A DNA stretch of 32,000 bases from Pyrodictium delaneyi (GTDB taxonomy: Archaea > Thermoproteota > Thermoprotei_A > Sulfolobales > Pyrodictiaceae), in contig NZ_CP013011.1 in NCBI RefSeq assembly GCF_001412615.1, forward strand, positions 720,001-752,000, given 5' to 3'. Position numbers and translations under genes: made by a program. Below, piece by piece: positions 16,866 to 26,022 of the stretch. The notes beneath the pieces were generated by a model. The model did not search any database. It worked only from the letters and a program-made list of their open reading frames with translations, and had not been told where the DNA came from. Each line of letters opens with the position of its first letter. Position 1 is the stretch's first letter.

Positions 16866-17996
16866 GTGGGTGCTCCCTTGCCTATCAGTCGTAGCGAGGT
16901 ACACGAGGTTCTCCGGCGCTACGACCCCTCCCGGGTGACCATCGGAGTTCTGGCAAGCCACTCCGCGCTAGACGTGCTCCGTGGGGCCAAGAAGCTAGGG
17001 TTCCGCACGCTGGCAGTAGCGCGGCGAGGCCGGGACCTAGCCTACCGCATGTTCCCCGTAGTTGACGAGCTCATGGTTCTCGACGACTACAGGGACCTCC
17101 TCCGGGAGGATGTGCAGGAGGAGCTCCGGCGCCGCAACGTGGTCTTCGTGCCGAACCGGAGCTTTGCCGTCTACGTCGGCTACGACGGCATAGAGAACGA
17201 GTTCCTAGTACCGATGTTTGGTAACAGGTTCCTACTGCGCTGGGAGGAGAGGGTCGGCGAGGAGAACTACTACAGGCTCCTAGACGAGGCCGGGATCCCC
17301 CGGCCAAAGGTGTACGAGAGGCTCGAAGACGCAGAAGGCCCCGTCATAGTGAAGCTACCGGAGGCACGGCGCCGCGTAGAACGCGCCTTCTTCATAGCCC
17401 GGAGCGGCCGCGACGCCATAAAGAAGATCAAGGAGCTCATGGAGAAGGGTATTGTTGACGAGGAGAGCCTCAAGGCAATGAGCATAGAGGAGTACGTCGA
17501 TGGAGCCCATTTTAACCTAAACTTCTTCCAGAGCCCGGTCTACGGTAGGCTCGAGCTACACAGTATCGACCGGAGACTCCAGACAAACATCGATGACCTC
17601 AACAGGCTCCCTGCCTGGGTCCAGGCGGAGCTCGAGGGTGCGGTAGAGCCCCGTATGATAGAGATAGGCCATATACCCGTGACTATCAGGGAGAGCATGC
17701 TTCACAAGGTGTTCGAGCTGGGCCTCCGCTTCGTAGAAGCAGCTGCCAGGCTAGAGCCGCCGGGCGTCATAGGCCCCTTCACGCTACAAGCTATAGCCAC
17801 GCCGGGGCTAGGCCTCGTGGTCTACGATATAGCGCCCCGGATAGGCGGCGGGACAAACGCAGTCATGGCGTGGGGCGGGCAGTATAGTAGCCTCTACTTC
17901 CCTGAGCCGCTTAGCCTTGGCGAGAGGATAGCACACGAGATACATGAGGCACTGAAGAGGGATGGGCTAGAGGGGCTCGCAGAGCTAGTGACCTAG
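16866..17996 (+). CDS. purP: 5-formaminoimidazole-4-carboxamide ribonucleotide (FAICAR) synthetase, ATP-grasp
   Basis: IGVLASHSALDVLRGAKKLGFRTLAV and the overall ~370-aa ATP-grasp layout are typical of archaeal PurP. The start is GTG. Confidence 0.7.
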   Translation: MGAPLPISRSEVHEVLRRYDPSRVTIGVLASHSALDVLRGAKKLGFRTLAVARRGRDLAYRMFPVVDELMVLDDYRDLLREDVQEELRRRNVVFVPNRSFAVYVGYDGIENEFLVPMFGNRFLLRWEERVGEENYYRLLDEAGIPRPKVYERLEDAEGPVIVKLPEARRRVERAFFIARSGRDAIKKIKELMEKGIVDEESLKAMSIEEYVDGAHFNLNFFQSPVYGRLELHSIDRRLQTNIDDLNRLPAWVQAELEGAVEPRMIEIGHIPVTIRESMLHKVFELGLRFVEAAARLEPPGVIGPFTLQAIATPGLGLVVYDIAPRIGGGTNAVMAWGGQYSSLYFPEPLSLGERIAHEIHEALKRDGLEGLAELVT

Positions 17997-18706
17997 CCCT
18001 GCGGGGCCTCGAGTATAACGCGAGCATCTACCGCTATGGCTCCCTTAGGATAGCTGAGCACCGGGTTCAAGTCTAGCTCTTTAACCTCCGGATTCTCCTC
18101 CATAAGCCTCTGTACAGCCATTATGATGTCTACTAGTGCCTCTATGTCGCGGGGCGGCTGGCCCCTGATGCCGCGGAGTATACGGTAAGCACGCACCTCC
18201 CGTATCATCTCCACAGCGTCACGCCGCGTGAAGGGTGAGACGCGGAAACTCACATCACGGAATACCTCGATGAATATGCCTCCAAGCCCGAACATCACGG
18301 CGGGGCCGAAGACAGGATCCCGGAGGCCACCTACAACCACTTCTACACCGCCTGGAGGTGCCATACCCTGTACAAGCACACCCACGATATTCGCGTCCGG
18401 CTTGTGTTTCTTCACGTTTTCTAGTATTTCGTCGTAGGCCTTCTCGACCTCCTCCGGTGTCTCGAGCCCAACTACTACTCCGCCGACATCGCTCTTGTGG
18501 ACTATATCGGGACTGACTATCTTGAGCACGACGGGGAAGCCTATCTCCTGTGCAGCCTCTGCAGCCTCACGGGAACTATGTACTAGCCGATAACCTGGAA
18601 CCGGTACCCTGTAATGCTCGACTAAGGCTAGCGCCTCGTGCTCAAGCAGCTTGCTACGGTTCTCGGCAAGAGCTCTTTCTATAATGCTTCGTGGGGTCAG
18701 CTTCAA
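17993..18706 (-). CDS. acdB: Acetyl-CoA synthetase (ADP-forming) beta subunit / ATP-grasp_5 domain protein
   Basis: LLEHEALALVEHYRVPVP...GFPVVLKIVSPDIVHKSDVGGVVVGL...DLNPV is the typical ACD beta/ATP-grasp pattern. The start is TTG, and the 3' end overlaps the purP stop by 4 nt (convergent). Confidence 0.7.
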   Translation of the reverse strand: MKLTPRSIIERALAENRSKLLEHEALALVEHYRVPVPGYRLVHSSREAAEAAQEIGFPVVLKIVSPDIVHKSDVGGVVVGLETPEEVEKAYDEILENVKKHKPDANIVGVLVQGMAPPGGVEVVVGGLRDPVFGPAVMFGLGGIFIEVFRDVSFRVSPFTRRDAVEMIREVRAYRILRGIRGQPPRDIEALVDIIMAVQRLMEENPEVKELDLNPVLSYPKGAIAVDARVILEAPQG

Positions 18707-18938
18707 GGCTAGATTGCTCCTCCAGATGCTTCATGCGCATATTCTGGGAATATAGGTTAACAGTCAGCCGGAACCTAGGAGAACCTGTTCAGAGGCCAAG
18801 GCAGCCATGATAGGGTGAGAACTGCTATACGGCATGAATCAGCTAGGCATCACCTGCATCTTCCAGCTAGCGTACATAATGTGTAGGGCCCGCTGGTAGA
18901 TAACCTAAGAAACCTAGCCGCGTAGCTGCTAGCCCTGG

Positions 18939-19646
18939 GTGACGAAGGAAACAGTGGCTATACCCCTAGCCAGGCTCACAGCTGAAAGAGCGGTATTGCG
19001 GAGGATAGCTAGCTGGCCATGGATAGAAGCAGAGACCGTGAGAGGTGCCCGTATCAGAGTACATGCTGGCGCTGCGCCTCGAAGACTATTAGTCCGCTCA
19101 ACCCAGCTATTGGTGAGGCGACAAGGTCTCTACGAGTACCGGCTTCTAGCCGTCATAGACGCTAGCGATACAGCGATATTGACTGACAACAGGGTCGTGG
19201 AGAACCTCTTCCCCCATGTAGCCGGGATAATCTACAATGATCCCCAGCCCCTGGTTAAGCGGGAGCAATGGATCAACGGGACACGTGTAGACTACCTAGT
19301 CTCGACAAACCAGGGCCTAATACTAGTAGAGCACAAGACCCACGTCCCCGCCAGCCCTAGTCCCGAGACACTCTACCCGCCAGCGCCGAACCCCAGGCTA
19401 CGCCGGCAACTAGAGGTACTAGGGAGAGCAGCCGAGGCGCTAGCGGCAAGAGCCGAGATAGTAATTGCAGTCACAGAGCCCCGCGTAGATAGAGTGAGGA
19501 TAAGTACTGTAGGGGATCCAGTACTGCTGCGATTACTAAGAGTGCTAGCAGGAAGAGTATCAACCCGGGCATACCGGGTAAGGGTAGTCATTAACGGCGA
19601 CAAACTAGACATAGTATACGGCGGCGAGGTAGGAGTACAGCTATAA
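18939..19646 (+). CDS. sfsA: SfsA-like nuclease-fold protein
   Basis: RVDYLVSTNQGLILVEHKT has a PD-(D/E)xK-like core, and YPPAPNPRLRRQLEVL resembles the FPDAxTxRGxKHLxEL motif of SfsA. The start is GTG. Confidence 0.55.
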   Translation: MTKETVAIPLARLTAERAVLRRIASWPWIEAETVRGARIRVHAGAAPRRLLVRSTQLLVRRQGLYEYRLLAVIDASDTAILTDNRVVENLFPHVAGIIYNDPQPLVKREQWINGTRVDYLVSTNQGLILVEHKTHVPASPSPETLYPPAPNPRLRRQLEVLGRAAEALAARAEIVIAVTEPRVDRVRISTVGDPVLLRLLRVLAGRVSTRAYRVRVVINGDKLDIVYGGEVGVQL

Positions 19647-20150
19647 CGCTTCGCACACTGGCTGTGCGCGATAGCTCAGACCCCGCCGTAAGGGCGGTGA
19701 TGAGTAACCCCGGTGACCCGGCTAACCACCCTCCCCTTGGCGGGAGGGGATGAGTAGAGCCCCGCATCACTGAGCATCATTCACTGCCCGCCGAGCGTCA
19801 CGGGCATGATACCAGAACAATACTATGAACATACCCGATCCAGACCTAGCAATCAGATAGAATGCCAGGGAGCCAGATTAGGACTAGGAGCTTGAAGCGG
19901 GTCCTCTCCGGGACCGGAGAGCCCCTGGAGAAGCATCGACCCCCGTGGAGAGGCGAGGAACCTCTGACTCCACCTTGGAGTCGCGGAAGGAACTCAGAGC
20001 AGCTGCAATCTTGGGGATTGCGGCTGTCTCCGAGCCTTTCAGCGCTCCTTGAGAGTCTGGCCCCTTTACCCCTCTTTCGAGGGTCTTTGCCCCTCTTTGG
20101 GTATTCTTCCGGCCCTGCAGAGGACCCAGTAGTATGTATGCACTCCATGG
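19647..20150. ncRNA. Hairpin-dense GC-rich non-coding stretch; candidate structured RNA(s) of unknown family and strand
   Basis: Hairpins are CGCACA/TGTGCG, CCGCC-GTAAG-GGCGG and CCCTCCC-loop-GGGAGGG (each of the last two followed by GATGAGTA), CTCTCCG-GGAC-CGGAGAG (19904-19921) and a two-part helix at 19945-19973. A 72-nt imperfect hairpin spans 19977-20048, and CCCTC-TTTC-GAGGG at 20070-20083 gives a GAAA tetraloop on the minus strand. The only ORFs here are mirrored ~100-aa low-complexity ones on both strands. Confidence 0.35.
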
Positions 20151-20570
20151 TATTTAAGTATATTGCTTAATGGGCTTAACGCTAATCCAATCCTGTCACG
20201 GCTTAACACTAGCTCTGGTTCCAAAGTCAAGCACTGCGATATTCTCTCTAGTATTCCCTTAGTGAAGCTATCAAGACATGACTTTGCATACTGAGCTGGA
20301 GTTATTGCTTCTCAAAAGCATCGGCGATTGCTGCTCTATTGTGTAAACATTTCGGGTATTGCGGCTCCTTTACGTGTCTAGGGAAAGCTTATAGCAAGAT
20401 GGCTGTGTAATGTAAGGGATACCTATCTGGCACTTGTGTTTTGAGGGCTATTGCTTGTCAAGGCTGTGATTCTGTTATTTGTCGTAAGAATGTCATGCAT
20501 CTATGATGTCTCAGAGGTTAGACTGTCCCATTGCCACGTTTTTCCGTAATAATTTCTTTCAAACAATAGA

Positions 20571-20579
20571 TTTTTATAG
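20571..20579 (+). promoter_or_regulatory. TATA-like box (tttttatag) upstream of the SQR-like gene
   Basis: An AT-rich consensus-like element lies ~75 nt upstream of GTG 20653. It falls inside the N-terminal extension of track ORF 20503, which argues for the downstream start. Confidence 0.4.
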
Positions 20580-20652
20580 CCTAGGTGTCCTGGTTTCTTG
20601 TACACGTGAATACTACAACACATGTTTCAATCCCCCTGTGGAGGGAGTAACT

Positions 20653-21837
20653 GTGGTCAAGAAGCGTATAGTCATAGTAGGTGGCGGTATAGCCGGTATG
20701 TCTGCTGCTCACAGCCTCTTAGAGAGGATAGGTGATGCAGTAGAAGTTACAGTTGTCACCAAGGATCCATTCTACATGGCTGGGCCTAGCCGGCCTCTAC
20801 TGCTCACCGGGGAGCAGAGCTACGACCGTATAACTCGCGGCTACGAGGAGGCAGCAGCCCGTGGCATAAAGATCGTGTACGGAAACGTGACCCGCATAGA
20901 CCCCGGTGAGCGCCGCGTATACTACACAGAGTCCCCCACTAGGAGCTACACATCAACCAGCGAGAACAGCCTAGACTACGACTACCTGATCTTAGCCCCT
21001 GGCGTGGTTTACGATGGCTCCAGCATCGAAGGCTACAGGGAGCACTGGCACCGCACAGCTAGCGTCTACGAACCAGGCCGCGTAGATGTGCTACGCAGCC
21101 GCGTCTGGAGCCAGAACCAAGGCACAGTAGTAGTCTACGCGCCGCCCATGCCCTATCGTTGCGCCCCCGCGCCAGCAGAGACAGCACTAGTCATAGACAC
21201 AGTCCTACGCCACCGCGGGGTACGCGACAAGTTCCGCATAGTGCATGTTGACGCGAACCCGAAGCTCCAGCCCCCGCCACTAGCGGACACCATAGCCAAG
21301 ATCTATGAGGAGGCAGGAATAGAGTTCATAACAGGCCAGAAGATAACCGAGATAACAGCCAACGAGGTGGTTCTCGAGAGCGGTGAGCGTATAGAGTACA
21401 CGATACTAGCCCTACTAGAGCCCAACCGTGCTCCACGCTTCATAGCTGACGCAGGCCTAGGCCAGGCATGGATAGAGGTGAAGTCTCCCGAGAAACCCCG
21501 TACACCCAGCTACGACGACATACTAGCAGCGGGAGACGCCGCCAAGCTACCCTTCCCCAAGAACCAGGAAATAGCCTACGAGAGCGCCCTCTACGCCTCA
21601 AACACGATAATCGAGGAGTTCGGCGGTGAACCGGCAAGTGTACAGTACACCTTCCTAGGATGGGTATACATAGGCAACCGGCAGGGCAGGTTAGAGACGC
21701 TAAGCATCCAGTTCGGCCTAAACTTCGCAACAAAGCCGCCAAAGCCCACCAAGGACACTGAGCCCCGACGCGACTACACGATGCAGAAAGACCGCTGGGA
21801 ACAAAGCTACCTCAACCGGCTATACCATCCCAAGTGA
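20653..21837 (+). CDS. FAD-dependent pyridine nucleotide-disulfide oxidoreductase, sulfide:quinone oxidoreductase / FccB-like
   Basis: With GTG 20653 the N-terminus is MVKKRIVIVGGGIAGMSAA (Rossmann GxGxxG directly at the N-terminus). PMPYRCAPAPAETA resembles the Cys-containing P-x-x-C-P-x-x-P-x-E loop of SQR/FccB. The track start 20503 adds 50 AT-rich codons. Confidence 0.65.
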   Translation: MVKKRIVIVGGGIAGMSAAHSLLERIGDAVEVTVVTKDPFYMAGPSRPLLLTGEQSYDRITRGYEEAAARGIKIVYGNVTRIDPGERRVYYTESPTRSYTSTSENSLDYDYLILAPGVVYDGSSIEGYREHWHRTASVYEPGRVDVLRSRVWSQNQGTVVVYAPPMPYRCAPAPAETALVIDTVLRHRGVRDKFRIVHVDANPKLQPPPLADTIAKIYEEAGIEFITGQKITEITANEVVLESGERIEYTILALLEPNRAPRFIADAGLGQAWIEVKSPEKPRTPSYDDILAAGDAAKLPFPKNQEIAYESALYASNTIIEEFGGEPASVQYTFLGWVYIGNRQGRLETLSIQFGLNFATKPPKPTKDTEPRRDYTMQKDRWEQSYLNRLYHPK

Positions 21838-21996
21838 TATTGTCTTGTTTCGTGCGGGGTTCACTCCCCCGTCCTCCTTCCTCCTTAGTACTGCCTGCCA
21901 GGGGCTCTTGCTGGGCCAGGGACACCAAGTGGGGCTCTGCCCTGGGCTGCTGTATACGCTCCGTAGAAGACACTCGATGCAGAGTACCGCGTACTG

Positions 21997-22005
21997 CTTA
22001 TATAC
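21997..22005 (+). promoter_or_regulatory. TATA box (cttatatac) upstream of the citramalate-synthase-type gene
   Basis: A consensus-like TATA lies ~55 nt upstream of GTG 22058. Confidence 0.4.
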
Positions 22006-22057
22006 CGGTCACGGCTCTGGCCGTCCATCCGGCCCACTGGCATCCCACTAGGCTGGG

Positions 22058-23740
22058 GTGAACGGGGTATGGGTGGTCGCCAAATTCACTAGCCTGAGCC
22101 TGGACCCGGTTCTAGCAGGAAGCCTCCCCGAAAAAGTAGAGGTCCTAGACACGACTCTACGCGACGGAGCGCAGGCCCACGGGGTCTCCTTCAGCCTCCA
22201 GGCCAAGATCCGGATAGCCCTCGAGCTCGACCGCCTCGGTGTATCCTTTATCGAGGCTGGGTGGCCGGGTAGCAACCCGAAGGACGAGGAGTTCTTCCGC
22301 GCGATAAAGGAGTACAGCTTCAGCCATGCCGAGATAGTAGCATTCACATCCACCCGGCGCAAGGGAGTAAGGCCCGAGAAGGACCCCATCCTAGCCAAGG
22401 TGCTCGACGCCGAGACACGGTGGGTCACGGTCTTCGGCAAGTCGTGGACGCTCCACGTCCGCGAAGTACTGAAGACGACACTGGAAGAAAACCTCGACAT
22501 GGTGTACGGCACAGTCCGGTTCCTCCGCGAGCACGGCATCCGGGTGATATTCGACGCAGAGCACTTCTTCAACGGCTACCTCGAGGACCCCGAGTACGCG
22601 CTCCAGGTGCTAGAGGCAGCCGTGGAAGCCGGTGCTGAGAGGATAGTCCTAGCCGACACTAACGGTGGTATGCTGCCCCACACGGTCTACCGCGTCGTGC
22701 GGGAGGTCCGCGAGAGGATAAAGACGCCCCTAGGGCTCCACATGCACAACGACAGTGGCTGCGCGGTAGCAAACACCCTCATGGGCGTCCTCGCTGGCGC
22801 AGAGCACGTACAGGTGACGGTCAACGGTATAGGCGAGCGCACCGGGAACGCGGACCTATGCCAGGTAGTGCCAGGCCTCGAGCTAAAACTCGGAGTCAGG
22901 GCGCTCGCCAACCCGGAGGGCCTCCGGCATCTCCGCCGCCTCTCCCGCCTAGTCTACGAGCTAGCAGGGCTCCAGCCCAACCCCTACCAGCCCTACGTCG
23001 GCGACAACGCGTTCGCCCACAAGGCGGGGGTACACGTAGACGCTGTGCTGAAGACGCCCCGGGCCTACGAGCACGTAGACCCCGGTGCCGTGGGCAACCG
23101 GCGCCGCCTCGTGGTATCAGAGCTCAGCGGCTCGGCAAACCTGGTGGCGTGGGCTCGCCGCGAGTTAGGTCTAGAGCTCGACAAGCGGGACCCCCGGCTC
23201 CGCCGCGCCCTAGAGCGTGTGAAGAAGCTCGAGAACATGGGCTACAGCTTCGACAATGCCGTGGCCTCGGCGCTCCTCATACTCCTAGAGGAGCTAGGGC
23301 TCCGCAAGACCCCCTTCCGCGTCCAGGCCTGGAGGGTAGTCAGCGAGGGCTCGGAGAAGGGTGCCCGGAGCTGGGGCCTAGTAAAGCTGGAGACGCCGGG
23401 CGGCACTATCCTAGCAGCGGGCGAGGGAGGCGGCCCCGTACACGCCGTTGACGAGGCTCTCCGCGGCGCGCTCCGCCAGCACCTGCCCGAGAGCGTGGAG
23501 AAGGTGAGGCTCATAGACTACCGCGTCACCCTACCAGGCGCTGTCAGGCACACTGCTAGCACAGTTAGGGTCGAGATAACGTTCACAGATGGTACCTCGG
23601 CCTGGACCACTACATCGGTGTCGAGCAACATCATAGAGGCTAGCCTCGACGCGCTGGCCCAGGGCATAGAGTACTACTTGCTCCGCAGCCAGCTGGCTAG
23701 AAGCCGTAGTGAAGCCCCCGAGGCGCCGCGACCAGCCTAG
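22058..23740 (+). CDS. cimA: Citramalate synthase-type member of the LeuA/HMGL family
   Basis: VLDTTLRDGAQAHGVSFS and IEAGWPGSNPKDEEFF match the RDGAQ / GWPGxNPKD variant recalled for the citramalate synthase subfamily rather than canonical RDGEQ LeuA. A C-terminal LeuA-dimer-like regulatory region is present. Confidence 0.65.
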   Translation: MNGVWVVAKFTSLSLDPVLAGSLPEKVEVLDTTLRDGAQAHGVSFSLQAKIRIALELDRLGVSFIEAGWPGSNPKDEEFFRAIKEYSFSHAEIVAFTSTRRKGVRPEKDPILAKVLDAETRWVTVFGKSWTLHVREVLKTTLEENLDMVYGTVRFLREHGIRVIFDAEHFFNGYLEDPEYALQVLEAAVEAGAERIVLADTNGGMLPHTVYRVVREVRERIKTPLGLHMHNDSGCAVANTLMGVLAGAEHVQVTVNGIGERTGNADLCQVVPGLELKLGVRALANPEGLRHLRRLSRLVYELAGLQPNPYQPYVGDNAFAHKAGVHVDAVLKTPRAYEHVDPGAVGNRRRLVVSELSGSANLVAWARRELGLELDKRDPRLRRALERVKKLENMGYSFDNAVASALLILLEELGLRKTPFRVQAWRVVSEGSEKGARSWGLVKLETPGGTILAAGEGGGPVHAVDEALRGALRQHLPESVEKVRLIDYRVTLPGAVRHTASTVRVEITFTDGTSAWTTTSVSSNIIEASLDALAQGIEYYLLRSQLARSRSEAPEAPRPA

Positions 23741-23829
23741 CCCCTCGGGCTAGCGCCGGGACGACACCCTCTAGACGCCCCCGGGGCTCCAACACAGAGT
23801 CTGGAAGGCCGCCGGAGGCCCGAACGCGA

Positions 23830-24702
23830 TTGGAGAGCGAAGGCTGTACATGGTGGTTCTTTACCCCCACTAGCCTCATCGACGAGTGGATCCGCGAGGA
23901 CACAGCTTACACCGACTTCACCACAGGCGTCCTCGGGATATCCTGGGCCCCGGGCCGCGCCAGGCTGACCACGCGGGAGAGGATAGTAGCCTGCGGTCTA
24001 CGCGAGGCAGCCATAGTCTACGAGAGGCTCGGAGCCAAGGCAAGGCTCCTCCACCCCGAGGGCGAGTGGGCAGAGCCAGGCACAGCTCTACTCGAGGCAG
24101 AGGGGCCCGCGGCGGCGCTACACGCGGCCTGGAGGCTAGCCCAGACAATAGCCTCCATAGGCTCCGGCGTCGCCACCTACACTCGGCGGCTGGTAGAGCG
24201 CGCCAGGGCAGCCAACCCCCGCATAGTAGTCGCCGTGGCCCGGAAGGCGCCGCCGGGGATACGCCACGTCTACTACCGCTGCGTCCTCTGCGGCGGCGCC
24301 ACGCTCCACCGCCTAGGGCTCTCCGAGACAATACTCGTCTTTCGCAACCACGTCGTGTTCCTAGGCGGGCTAGAGAAGGCCCTAGAGAGGCTCCACCGGG
24401 CAAAGAGCCAGATCGGGGAACGCAGCGTAGTAGTAGAGGCCGAGACCCCCGAGGACGCCCTCCTCGCAGCCAAGAGCGGCGTCGTAGACGAGATTCAGCT
24501 AGACCACATAGAGCCCAGGAGGCTCAAAGAGCTCGTAGAGGAGTTGCGCAGCGTAAATCCCGGGATAAGGGTCGCTGTGGGCGGCGGCATAAACCTAGAC
24601 AACGTTGCAGAGTACGCGGCGGCAGGCGCTGACGTTCTGGTGACGAGTGCGCCCTACTGGGCCAAGCCAGCCGACCTCACGACGAGGATGGAGCCACTCT
24701 AG
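23830..24702 (+). CDS. Quinolinate phosphoribosyltransferase-family protein (NadC or ModD-like)
   Basis: The translation carries IREDTAYTDFTTGVL, ARKAPPGIRHVYYRCVLCGGATLHRLGLSETILVF and VEAETPEDALLA...LDH. The GLSE..LVF variant recalls ModD more than NadC. The TTG start is uncertain. Confidence 0.6.
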   Translation: MESEGCTWWFFTPTSLIDEWIREDTAYTDFTTGVLGISWAPGRARLTTRERIVACGLREAAIVYERLGAKARLLHPEGEWAEPGTALLEAEGPAAALHAAWRLAQTIASIGSGVATYTRRLVERARAANPRIVVAVARKAPPGIRHVYYRCVLCGGATLHRLGLSETILVFRNHVVFLGGLEKALERLHRAKSQIGERSVVVEAETPEDALLAAKSGVVDEIQLDHIEPRRLKELVEELRSVNPGIRVAVGGGINLDNVAEYAAAGADVLVTSAPYWAKPADLTTRMEPL

Positions 24703-24771
24703 AGCGGCTCCGCCACACCTATAACACGGGCTAGACAAGTATATGGCTAACATACTGGGCCGGGGCAGTCC

Positions 24772-25749
24772 ATGAAGCTGACACTGGCCGGGGAGAGGAG
24801 GCTAGACAGCGAGCCCAGGGGCGCCGCCTGGGGCCCCAGGGGCTTCCTGGCAGTCGCCGAGCATTATCAGCGGGTAGTAATCCTCGACCAGAGCCTAGAA
24901 CCGGTCTGGGGCAGCAGCCCCGGCCTCTACCTCACCGGTGCCCTCGCCTGGAGCCCCGACGGCCGCCTCCTCGCCGTCGCAGCCCGCTACGGCAGCTTAA
25001 CCCCTGCAGGCTTCACTGTATACGACGTCTCCGAGGCCGTCGGGGCTAGGAGCCTGACAGCCTGGCTCCGCCGAGCCCGCCGCCTCCACCGCGTCTACAC
25101 CTACGGCGCAGTCTACTCGCTAGCCTGGAGCCCCCAAGGCGACCTACTCGCAGCGGGCAATAGTCTCGACCGCTGGATACGCGTCTACAAGGTACGGCGC
25201 CGGGGCCCCGAGCCAGCCTGGGAGTGGAGCAACCAGGGACTCCACCGGCTCCTCTTCACGAGCCGCGACCACCTCTACGTCTACAGCCTCTCCTGGAGCC
25301 CCGGGGGAGACCTACTCGCCGTGACCGGGGGCAGCGGCTCCGAGGGCTTCACAGCCCTCCTCACACGCGACGGCGTGCTACAACGCCTCACAAGGCTACA
25401 ATGGACATGCTTCTCGGCAGCCTGGAGCCCCGACGAGAGCTTCATAGCCGTAGCCTGCCGCGACAGCCTCCACGTATACGACGCCGAGACAGGAACACTC
25501 GTCTGGAAGAGCCCCCAGGACTGGTACACGAACGTGCTCTGGATAGACCAGGACACCCTCGCAGCTACAACCACCACAAGCCTACACATCTACACATGGA
25601 TAGGGCTAGAAGCTAGCAGCGAATACTCTGCGAAGCTAACAGGGTTCATAGAGCCAGGCACCGGGCTAACCTACTGTAAGAAGACAGGAAAGCTAGCCAT
25701 AGTGGATACTACGCAGAGAAAGATAATTGTTGTGAAAACGAGACGATAA
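24772..25749 (+). CDS. Beta-propeller repeat protein (WD40/PD40-like)
   Basis: Blade motifs recur: LAWSPDGRLLAVA, LAWSPQGDLLAAG, LSWSPGGDLLAVTG and AAWSPDESFIAVA. Confidence 0.65.
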   Translation: MKLTLAGERRLDSEPRGAAWGPRGFLAVAEHYQRVVILDQSLEPVWGSSPGLYLTGALAWSPDGRLLAVAARYGSLTPAGFTVYDVSEAVGARSLTAWLRRARRLHRVYTYGAVYSLAWSPQGDLLAAGNSLDRWIRVYKVRRRGPEPAWEWSNQGLHRLLFTSRDHLYVYSLSWSPGGDLLAVTGGSGSEGFTALLTRDGVLQRLTRLQWTCFSAAWSPDESFIAVACRDSLHVYDAETGTLVWKSPQDWYTNVLWIDQDTLAATTTTSLHIYTWIGLEASSEYSAKLTGFIEPGTGLTYCKKTGKLAIVDTTQRKIIVVKTRR

Positions 25750-26022
25750 GGGCACGAATCGTTAACTATATCGTTAATACCAATAGTAGCATAAATAACA
25801 CCAGCTACATCGATTTGTGTGTGTTGTGTAAAATGACTAGGTTTAAACGTTAGCCCTACACTCAGTAATAACGGTGTCGCAATATCAGCGCTGGCCCCGA
25901 GGGCCAGGAGCTTCCGTAAACCTTCCGAAGCCTACTCCTCAACCCTCGTACCCCCTACCCGTAAGCCCTGCAGCATACGTAGCAACCGTGTATTGCAGGA
26001 TCAATACTAGGGAGGGAACAAG

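Noticed and set aside
19696-19772. Canonical C/D-box sRNA call (C = GTGATGA, D = CTGA)
   Set aside because: There is no proper D' box ~12 nt after C, the D'-C' spacer would be ~30 nt, the second guide would be 16 nt, and no terminal stem exists. It is kept only as an atypical K-turn-RNA candidate in the findings.
20159-20170. 12-mer TATATTGCTTAA shared with 27806-27817, and recurring ATTGC(T/G) strings in 20160-20460
   Set aside because: A rough estimate suggests tens of chance 12-mer matches within a 32-kb window on its own, and the short ATTGCT strings sit in AT-rich sequence where they are expected.
21857-21880. CGGGG-TTCACTC-CCCCG hairpin after the SQR-like gene, considered as another tRNA T-arm fragment or att site
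   Set aside because: The loop lacks the conserved T-loop pattern (position 58 is C, not A), and no acceptor or CCA context follows. It is more likely a simple post-gene hairpin.
22858-24632. Long alternative-frame ORFs (22858..23451 +, 23886..24632 +, 23918..24403 -) inside the citramalate-synthase-type and QPRTase-family genes
   Set aside because: All are extremely Arg/Pro/Gly-rich with no motif structure, whereas the annotated frames carry clear family signatures. They are GC-composition artefacts.
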